Assembly (NCBI GenBank): GCA_963920595.1
Contig: OY986948.1
Location: 2,356,001 to 2,420,000, forward strand
Direction of reading: 5' to 3'
From: Eimeria praecox
Taxonomy: Eukaryota
Length of the DNA: 64,000 nucleotides
Shown piece by piece: positions 1 through 10,256 of the stretch. Every line of letters begins with the position of its first letter. The stretch's first letter is position 1. A program made the position numbers and the translations under genes. The notes under the pieces are model-generated. The model had not been told where the DNA came from and searched no databases. It saw nothing but the letters and a program-made list of their open reading frames with translations.

Positions 1-2512
1 AACGCAAGCACAAATTGCATCTGCTTGAGCCCTGCAATGCCGTCAAACCACGCATCCACACACTTTCTGTAAGGTCAGTCCAAGCTATACGTCATGAAAG
101 CTATCGCCAGGTTGTTGGTTCGTCCTCAGTGCCGCATGTTTATATCCGTTCGCACAAGAGCGACAAACGGTATCGAGCTGAGCATGAACTAGTGGACTGT
201 ACGACCCAAAGCGTCATATCCTCCACTTCCACTGCTAGTCGTGCACAAGGCCTTCTTAGTGGCGGGATCAGCTATGGCCGAACGCCTGCCAATAATGGAG
301 GCAGAAATGAGTTTACACAATTGGAACGTGCCCAGCGTCCCGCGCAAGCCATTATTCATAGTGGCTGGTACGAACAAACAATGCTTGCGACCAAGTCACA
401 GTGTCGCCTCCAGGGCCCTTCACAAGTCAAAAGTGAAGGGCACTAGTTAGCGGATTCGTGCTTCCTAAAACTACCAAGGGCCGCCTTGCTGTGAAGCACC
501 GTAGTGAGCGGCTTCCACTGTAAGTTGCCGGCCCAGAAGGGCAAGCAGACAAGGAGCTGAGAAGAGCCTTTGAGAAAGCAGTGAGCAGTTCGGCGCAGAG
601 CAACGCCAATGCTGTGGACAGGCCAGCAGATGCACCATGCGCAGCTTAAAAAGGAGCCTTGTACCGTTGCCAAGGGTGTTAGTAGGATGCACGGCAAGAT
701 TGAAGGACACGCCCATCGAAGTCCAAAACCTTCTCCGCGCGATTCCGATTCTTCACGCCGGTTTCGGGCCCGGCCATCTCGTAAATTCCGTCTTCCCAAT
801 TCGCTTCAAATTCCATCGTAATGGACTAACAACTCAAGCTGAAGCGGCACGCTCCTGCGCCTGATAGTAATGCAGCCACTAGCTGGTTTATATAGCCGAG
901 TTTCTCAGTACACCAATGCACTGAGGCGATACCAGCGTTACTTCGAGGCGCCACAAGCACCTTCAACTGTTTTCATATGATGCTGCAAAACAACATACCT
1001 TCTGAGGGGCCGAGCAGAATTACCATGATAACCGTTGCACAAACTCTTCCAGATGAGGCGAACAGATCCCTCCTCAGTCAGCCGCTCAGCATCACTGCAA
1101 TACCACCGCACCTATCACAACTGAATCGTCACCTCAACTTCTGCAAGCAGAGCATCTGCATGAAAAAGACGCTGTTAGAACATCGCATTGCGACCCTTCA
1201 CCGGCGGAGCAGCGTATCTTCAACTGAGTGGTGAGCGATCAACGGCATCGTCGATGGTTTGACACCCCCCTCTCTGCTGCTGCCATATATGCGCAGGGAC
1301 GCTAGATCAACATTAGTGGCGCCGGCAGCCCAATGTATTATACCTTTCTACTCAGCTGGCGCAGCTGAGGCGGCCATGCAGGCGCGCTACTAGGATTCCG
1401 CCCTTAGTGCTGTCAGTGCTGTCTTTTGTTCTACTGATCCAGCTTACCGCCTGTTCTTCATCCCCTTACGCACGATAGCGAACGGTAGAGCGATCCTGCG
1501 GATCGTGGGACGGGAAGCAGCAACACTGAGAGAGGGGCGCTGTAAATATGTGTCGGGCCCGCAACACTGCTGCCTGCAGAAGGTCCAGCCCCCAAGAAAG
1601 CATCGCTAACACATGCCAGCGGCACGTCGGACACGCAGGACGGGCAAATACAAGCCTTCGGCGCCTTGCAGAGTTTCTAAAGGTCGCACAAATTCGCACA
1701 TTACACACGGACGTGGCACCCAAGGACTAGTGGGCAGCCCACACGCTGCCCATTCCTGTCCGCTGGTTGCTTTGCAAGACGAAAGGCATGTCCTTGTCCT
1801 GTGATGCGTCAAGCAGAGAAGCTGAACGAGCATTTAGCAAAGACCGCACAAATCAAACAGATGCCCTACACCTCAGCTGAGACACACTGGAAACCGAGCT
1901 CTCAATTCCCAGGAATCCTTTGGCCAAATCGCTAACGCGTACAAAGCCTATCAGCAGGGTCTGACTTCCCTTGGAATGCCTTTCACTTGTGCATTGTCCA
2001 AACGTGCCACGTAATCATCTTAGATCAATTACGCGGGAAACCTTGCATTGACGCTTTTGACCGTCACCAGCAAATATGTGATGGGCAATGCCAAAAGGAG
2101 GAGCGCGCCTACTACCACAAAAACCTAAATGTCAGGCAAACAATCAAGGGAATTGAGCAGCTCGCAACCTCAAGAACAGTTTGTATCTTTCTCCTCTTGA
2201 GATCAACCGGCGTGCAAGTTTGTATGTTGCCCCCTACCAATCCTCTCAAAATAGTCCTACGGCAGCCGCTGTTGTTGTTTACCAAAACTCAGCATGGCGA
2301 TGACGCACATTCTAAAACCTCATTGGACTAGGAAAGCCGCACTCAGTAGCTGACGCGTATTGAAAGCGAACGGGTGCGAAAAAAGACACACCTCCTTGCG
2401 TCCCGCCGGCTTCTGTCGTATGCCTCATCCCAAGCACGAGGCCAACGTAAACCAACGGAAACACCGGGGAGCATGCTATCGCTAGTCTACACCCAAATAC
2501 GCTTTGTTCTGC

Positions 2513-2540
2513 TTCCCTACAAACTATTCCCTACAAACTA
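2513..2540. repeat. 14-bp direct tandem duplication (TTCCCTACAAACTA)x2, polymorphic among copies
   Basis: Double in copies 1, 2, 3, 4, 8 and 9; single in copies 5, 6, 7, 12 and 13 (TCCCTACAAACTA preceded by G in 12 and 13). Confidence 0.92.
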
Positions 2541-2692
2541 GCACTGATTCGCTCAAATGGCTCACCAAGCAATACGCTAGAAGCAAGCTAAATCGCAAAA
2601 CGTACAACTGTTCCATAGCGCCTACAGTGGTCCCTCCCTAACCCTGGAAAATGCGGGGGCACTCGTCCCGCGCAAACAAGTAAATTAACGTG

Positions 2693-2717
2693 CATTTGAG
2701 GCAAGAAGCCTCAAATG
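2693..2717. repeat. Perfect 10-bp inverted repeat with 5-nt loop (copies 1 and 2 only; second at 7821-7845)
   Basis: CATTTGAGGC-AAGAA-GCCTCAAATG; the arms are exact reverse complements. Confidence 0.9.
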
Positions 2718-4800
2718 GAGGGATTCCGCTTACTCTCGACACTGACGCTACAAGGAAAAGCACTTCTCCACTTCGATAACTGAACCGATGCTCTCGCACC
2801 AAACTAAGAGATCATGAACTGTCTCACTGAACTAGCTGACAACTAAGGACGGTGGGATCGAAAACATGGCCAGCAGCTTCCGGTTTGCTGTTTCAAACGG
2901 TTCCCGCCCTGCAACTAACAGTCAACCAAAGACGGCGGAGGGCAGCAAAGTGCAGGAGCTATTCAGCGCCTACTAATCAGTTGGTGCTGGTTGCAACTTG
3001 TGCATAGCGGCACCTAAACAAGTCCTCAAGCGAAATGGTACAAAATCACCGCTTGTTGAAGTTACGGCTTAATCTAAGTGCTTGCTTGCCGCATACGTAT
3101 GTGCAACCTGCCTTCAACCTACACGATTCCATTAAACAACCACACGTTCCCGCACCTCCTGCATCAGAGCATAGTTCCTACGATAATGACCGTGCTTCAC
3201 AAGCGCTTCCTTGTTCGTCTGATGCCCTCCGGTGCTTCTCCCGGTCATCACCACCTCCCACACAAACGCAAAATAAGCAACTTGGCATACTAGCCTGCGT
3301 CTGCTCCCTTTACGGCCACACACATGTATCGGAACGGCTTCATGGCATCGCACCGCCAACACACCAAGGTAAACAAACTGAATCACGCAGTTCGGTGTCA
3401 CTTTCTGAGCACCTCAGCTCCACAATACCATGCCCGACAAAGCCTTAGCACTAGCTGTGAACAGGCAGGTATTAGCGGTAAGGGTGTTGCACAGACAAAC
3501 TCTACAAAATGAGGCACGCCCAGATTCTGCCTCCCATTCTGCCCTGCGGCACTACACAGGTGACAAACTACAAGGCCATCAACCAACAACGCTAAAGCCA
3601 CCCTGAGCTCCGACTCTGAAAATATCTGCTGCCAAAGTTGGACAAGCCACACCCTTGTTGCGGCCGCCGAGCGAGATCACAATGCGCTGGCTCTACAATG
3701 CATCTCGCTCTTGGAAAATCGCAACTGACCTCTTTGTCAACAGCTGAGGGAACAACCGGCCTTTACACTCAACGCGTCCGCAGGTGCCCGACTGAGAAAT
3801 TCTGTATGCGTAACAAGCATGCGACCCTTTGATATTTGACCGGGCATCTGCTGAGACTTGACTCACAAACTGCGTCCAGTGCCTCCAAGTAACATCTGAC
3901 CCGAAATAAAGCTGTTTACCATCTCGTCTGAGCCACTAAATTCGCAAGGCCTAGCCGTTGCTATGAGGAAATCCTGCTGCATGGATCCCCACTAATTATG
4001 CTTCGCTTTGGGCGATTCACAACACTTGCGCACCTGCCCTACCAGCGCGCGTATACCAACGCCCCCCCGGCACAAAAGCTGGTCCATCAAGCCACAGGCA
4101 CACACACGCACATGTATGTCAGTTAAAGCTCACACGCCAATTGGTGCAACTGCAGGAAATAGACCTGGCTTGACAGGCACCAAAACGCTGCCGCATATAA
4201 GCAGGAAATCCCGTTATGCAGAGGTAGGTATATCATGCGTAGCAAAGCTCGCTTCTCCAATGTTTGCGATCCCCTTTTCGCATAGATGCCTGTGAATGAG
4301 CTGGTCAGAAATCGAAGGGTCAAGCTGAAATTTAGGCTTGCCTTCAGGAAATCTCTACTCTAAACTAGGACCGCAGCCCTCACCTCACCACAATGCAGGT
4401 TATAGAGGCTGCCCAAACATTGTGGTGACCAGGGCTGCATGCTGCAGATGCAGTGCCTGATCTTCATGCTTTCACATTGCTTTAGGCGCTGCCCGCATCC
4501 TTGAATCCTTTTGGAACGGTGGCAAATCCGCGACTCCCCGGCTACATAATGTAGGTGACCCGCTCCAGACACCGACTCACGTTCTGCAGTAACACAGCAT
4601 TCGTGTAGGGGCATGCTCTGTCATGTGCTTTGACGTGCGCACAACCAGTTATTCTTCCAGAGAACCGTTGGCATTACGCTCAGCAGATGAAATCTACACC
4701 CATATCTCATGTACTCTCCATCCAAGTCCTCGAAGACGCCTTCGGCCAACCATCACGAAACGCTTTAACACTTGTGAGCGTACAGGCACTTCAACATATA

Positions 4801-4821
4801 ACTAAGCATGTAACTAAGCAT
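4801..4821. repeat. Short direct repeat ACTAAGCAT-GTA-ACTAAGCAT (12-bp period), in each unit with minor variants
   Basis: Read directly: ...TATAACTAAGCATGTAACTAAGCATCGTCC... Confidence 0.8.
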
Positions 4822-5128
4822 CGTCCAGTCAGAGATGCATGCAAAATAGGGGTACGTAGCAACGCTCGGAAGAAAAGAAAACCCATTGTGACAGGCTATG
4901 CCCTGCCAGATTTTCGTTAGACCCTAACTCCTGCAAAGCTGCGCCGCAAAGCCTATCAGGCCGCATGCTGACATTCTCTACAAATTCTTGTGCCTTCATC
5001 GCTGGCACACCAACTCACCATCCGCCAAAATAATTCAGGGCAGTCTTGCAGAGATCGGCTGCAACTCCCAGCTTTACCATCCATCGCAGCTGGCAACTCG
5101 CTCAGCCAACCAACCCACCAACGGGGTA

Positions 5129-8100
5129 AACGCAAGCACAAATTGCGCCTGCTTGAGCCCTGCAATGCCGTCAAACCACGCGTCCACACACGCTCTGTAA
5201 GGTCAGTCCAAGCTATGCGTCATGAAAGCTATCGCCAGGTTGTTGGTTCGTCCTCAGTGCCGCATGTTTATATCCGTTCGCACAAGAGCGACAAACGGTA
5301 TCGAGCTGAGCACGAACTAGTGGACTGTATGACCCAAAGCGTCATATCCTCCACTTCCACTGCTAGTCGTGCACAAGGCCTTCTTAGTGGCGGGATCTGC
5401 TATGGCCGAACGCCTGCCAATAATGGAGGTAGAAATGAGTTTACACAATTGGAATGTGCCCAGCGTCCCGCGCAAGCCATTATTCATAGTGGCTGGTACG
5501 AACAAACAATGCTTGCGACCAAGTCACAGTGTCGCCTCCAGGGCCCTTCACAAGTCAAAAGTGAAGGGCACTAGTTAGCGGATTCGTGCTTCCTAAAACT
5601 ACCAAGGGCCGCCTTGCTGTGAAGCACCGTAGTGAGCGGCTTCCACTGTAAGTTGCCGGCCCAGAAGGGCAAGCAGACAAGGAGCTGAGGAGAGCCTTTG
5701 AGAAAGCAGTGAGCAGTTCGGCGCAGAGCAACGCCAATGCTGTGAACAGGCCAGCAGATGCAGCATGCGCAGCTTAAAAAGGAGCCTTGTACCGTTGCCA
5801 AGGGTGTTAGTAGGATGCGCGGCAAGATTGAAGGACACGCCCATCGAAGTCCAAAACCTTCTCCGCGCGATTCCGATTCTTCACGCCGGTTTCGGGCCCG
5901 GCCATCTCGTAAATTCCGTCTTCCCAATTCGCTTCAAATTGCATCCTAATGGACTAACAACTCAAGCTGAAGCGGCACGCTCCTGCGCCTGATAGTAATG
6001 CAGCCACTAGCTGGTTTATATAGCCGAGTTTCTCAGTACACCAATGCACTGAGGCGATACCAGCGTTACTTCGAGGCGCCACAAGCACCTTCAACTGTTT
6101 TCATATGATGTTGCAAAACAACATACCTTCAGAGGGGCCGAGCAGAATTACCATGATGACGGTTGCACAAACGCTTCCAGATGAGGCGAACAGATCCCTC
6201 CTCACTCAGCCGCTCAGCATCACTGCAATACCACCGCACCTATCACAACTGAATCGTCACCTCAACTTCTGCAAGCAGAGCATCTGCATGAAAAGGACGC
6301 TGTTAGAACATCGCATTGCGACCCTTCACCGGCGGAGCAGCGTATCTTCAACTGAGTGGTGAGCGATCAAAGGCATCGTCGATGGTTTGACACCCCCCTC
6401 TCTGCTGCTGCCATATATGCGCAGGGGCGCTAGATCAACATTAGTGGCGCCGGCAGCCCAATGTATTATACCTTTCTACTCAGCTGGCGCAGCTGAGGCG
6501 GCCATGCAGGCGCGCTACTAGGATTCCGCCCTTAGTGCTGTCAGTGCTGTCTTTTGTTCTACTGATCCAGCTTACTATCTGTTCTTCATCCCCTTACGCA
6601 CGATAGCGAACGGTAGAGCGATCCTGCGGATCGTGGGACGGGAAGCAGCAACACTGAGAGAGGGGCGCTGTAAATATGTATCGGGCCCGCAACACTGCTG
6701 CCTGCAGAAGGTCCAGCCCCCAAGAAAGCATCGCTAACACATGCCAGCGGCACGTCGGACACGCAGGACGGGCAAATACAAGCCTTCGGCGCCTTGCAGA
6801 GTTTCTAAAGGTCGCACAAATTCGCACATTACACACGGACGTGGCACCCAAGGACTAGTGGGCAGCCCACACGCTGCCCATTCCTGTCCGCTGGTTGCTT
6901 TGCAAGACGAAAGGCATGTCCTTGTCCTGTGATGCGTCAAGCAGAGAAGCTGAACGAGCATTTAGCAAAGACCGCACAAATCAAACAGATGCCTTACACC
7001 TCAGCTGAGACACACTGGAAACCGAGCTCTCAATTCCCAGGAATCCTTTGGCCAAATCGCTAACGCGTACAAAGCCTATCAGCAGGGTCTGACTTCCCTT
7101 GGAATGCCTTTCACTTGTGCATTGTCCAAACGTGCCACGTAATCATCTTAGATCAATTACGCGGGAAACCTTGCATTGTGGCTTTTGACCGTCACCAGCA
7201 AATATGTGATGGGCAATGCCAAAAGGAGGAGCGCGCCTACTACCACAAAAACCTAAATGTCAGGCAAACAATCAAGGGAATTGAGCAGCTCGCAACCTCA
7301 AGAACAGTTTGTATCTTTCTCCTCTTGAGATCAACCGGCGTGCAAGTTTGTATGTTGCCCCCTACCAATCCTCTCAAAATAGTCCTACGGCAGCTGCTGT
7401 TGTTGTTTACCAAAACTCAGCATGGCGATGACGCACATTCTAAAACCTCATTGGACTAGGAAAGCCGCACTCAGTAGCTGACGCGTATTGAAAGCGAACG
7501 GGTGCGAAAAAAGACACACCTCCTTGCGTCCAGCCGACTTCTGTCGCATGCCTCATCCCAAGCACGAGGCCAACGTAAACCAACGGAAACACCGGGGAGC
7601 ATGCTATCGCTAGTCTACACCCAAATACGCTTTGTTCTGCTTCCCTACAAACTATTCCCTACAAACTAGCACTGATTCGCTCAAATGGCTCACCAAGCAA
7701 TACGCTAGAAGCAAGCTAAATCGCAAAACGTACAACTGTTCCATAGCGCCTACAGTGGTCCCTCCCTAACCCTGGAAAATGCGGGGGCACTCGTCCCGCG
7801 CAAACAAGTAAATTAACGTGCATTTGAGGCAAGAAGCCTCAAATGGAGGGATTCCGCTTACTCTCGACACTGACGCTACAAGGAAAAGCACTTCTCCACT
7901 TCGATAACTGAACCGATGCTCTCGCACCAAACTAAGAGATCATGAACTGTCTCACTGAACTAGCTGACAACTAAGGACGGTGGGATCGAAAACATGGCCA
8001 GCAGCTTCCGGTTTGCTGTTTCAAACGGTTCCCGCCCTGCAACTAACAGTCAACCAAAGACGGCGGAGGGCAGCAAAGTGCAGGAGCTATTCAGCGCCTA

Positions 8101-10256
8101 CTAATCAGTTGGTGCTGGTTGCAACTTGTGCATAGCGGCACCTAAACAAGTCCTCAAGCGAAATGGTACAAAATCACCGCTTGTTGAAGTTACGGCTTAA
8201 TCTAAGTGCTTGCTTGCCGCATACGTATGTGCAACCTGCCTTCAACCTACACGATTCCATTAAACAACCACACGTTCCCGCACCTCCTGCATCAGAGCAT
8301 AGTTCCTACGATAATGACCGTGCTTCACAAGCGCTTGCTTGTTCGTCTGATGCCCTCCGGTGCTTCTCCCGGTCATCACCACCTCCCACACAAACGCAAA
8401 ATAAGCAACTTGGCATACTAGCCTGCGTCTGCTCCCTTTACGGCCACACACATGTATCGGAACGGCTTCATGGCATCGCACCGCCAACACACCAAGGTAA
8501 ACAAACTGAATCACGCAGTTCGGTGTCACTTTCTGAGCACCTCAGCTCCACAATACCATGCCCGACAAAGCCTTAGCACTAGCTGTGAACAGGCAGGTAT
8601 TAGCGGTAAGGGTGTTGCACAGACAAACTCTACAAAATGAGGCACGCCCAGATTCTGCCTCCCATTCTGCCCTGCGGCACTACACAGGTGACAAACTACA
8701 AGGCCATCAACCAACAACGCTAAAGCCACAATGAGCTCCGACTCTGAAAATATCTGCTGCCAAAGTTGGACAAGCCACACCCTTGTTGCGGCCGCCGAGC
8801 GAGATCACAATGCGCTGGCTCTACAATGCATCTCGCTCTTGGAAAATCGCAACTGACCTCTTTGTCAACAGCTGAGGGAACAACCGGCCTTTACACTCAA
8901 CGCGTCCGCAGGTGCCCGACTGAGAAATTCTGTATGCGTAACAAGCATGCGACCCTTTGATATTTGACCGGGCATCTGCTGAGACTTGACTCACAAACTG
9001 CGTCCAGTGCCTCCAAGTAACATCTGACCCGAAATAAAGCTGTTTACCATCTCGTCTGAGCCACTAAATTCGCAAGGCCTAGCCGTTGCTATGAGGAAAT
9101 CCTGCTGCATGGATCCCCACTAATTATGCTTCGCTTTGGGCGATTCACAACACTTGCGCACCTGCCCTACCAGCGCGCGTATACCAACGCCCCCCCGGCA
9201 CAAAAGCTGGTCCATCAAGCCACAGGCACACACACGCACATGTATGTCAGTTAAAGCTCACACGCCAATTGGTGCAACTGCAGGAAATAGACCTGGCTTG
9301 ACAGGCACCAAAACGCTGCCGCATATAAGCAGGAAATCCCGTTATGCAGAGGTAGGTATATCATGCGTAGCAAAGCTCGCTTCTCCAATGTTTGCGATCC
9401 CCTTTTCGCATAGATGCCTGTGAATGAGCTGGTCAGAAATCGAAGGGTCAAGCTGAAATTTAGGCTTACCTTCAGGAAATCTCTACTCTAAACTAGGACC
9501 GCAGCCCTCACCTCACCAAAATGCAGGTTATAGAGGCTGCCCAAACATTGTGGTGACCAGGGCTGCATGCTGCAGATGCAATGCCTGATCTTCATGCTTT
9601 CACATTGCTTTAGGCGCTGCCCGCATCCTTGAATCCTTTTGGAACGGTGGCAAATCCGCGACTCCCCGGCTACATAATGTAGGTGACCCGCTCCAGACAC
9701 CGACTCACGTTCTGCAGTAACACAGCATTCGTGTAGGGGCATGCTCTGTCATGTGCTTTGACGTGCGCACAGCCAGTTATTCTCCCAGCGAACCGTTGGC
9801 ATTACGCTCAGCAGATGAAATCTACACCCATATCTCATGTACTCTCCATCCAAGTCCTCGAAGACGCCTTCGGCCAACCATCACGAAACGCTTTAACACT
9901 TGTGAGCGTACAGGCACTTCAACGTATAACTAAACATGTAACTAAGCATCGTCCAGTCAGAGATGCATGCAAAATAAGGGTACGTAGCAGCGCTCGGAAG
10001 AAAAGAAGACCCATTGTGACAGGCTATGCCCTGCCAGATTTTCGTTAGACCCTAACTCCTGCAAAGCTGCGCCGCAAAGCCTATCAGGCCGCATGCTGAC
10101 ATTCTCTACAAATTCTTGTGCCTTCATCGCTGGCACACCAACTCACCATCCGCCAAAATAATTCAGGGCAGTCTTGCAGAGATCGGCTGCAACTCCCAGC
10201 TTTACCATCCATCGCAGCTGGCAACTCGCTCAGCCAACCAACCCACCAACGGGGTA
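5129..10256. repeat. Repeat copy 2 (5128 bp), closest to copy 1
   Basis: Same length and same indel states as copy 1. Confidence 0.97.

Larger units (their letters stand above)
1..5128. repeat. Repeat copy 1 (5128 bp)
   Basis: Anchor spacing. Carries the 14-bp duplication and the CATTTGAGGC hairpin variant. Confidence 0.97.

Noticed and set aside
885..897. TATA-like TTTATATAG
   Set aside because: Mutated to TTTACATAA in copies 4, 5, 6 and 9, with no supported downstream gene.
1987..2331. 114-aa ORF with ICD..AYY..PPT words faintly recalling Eimeria SAG proteins
   Set aside because: TTG start, no signal peptide and no diagnostic SAG motif spacing. It has an internal TGA in copies 4 and 9, and A/B divergence shows no codon periodicity.
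2632..2645. Telomere-like CCCTAACCCT (also CCCTAA near 4922)
   Set aside because: Only one to two units, which is expected by chance in C/A-rich sequence.
4990..5574. 194-aa ORF (MPSSLAHQ...), the longest recurrent ORF
   Set aside because: GTG start and no recognisable domain. It is frameshifted by the 1-bp deletion in five consecutive copies, and many of its variants are nonsynonymous.
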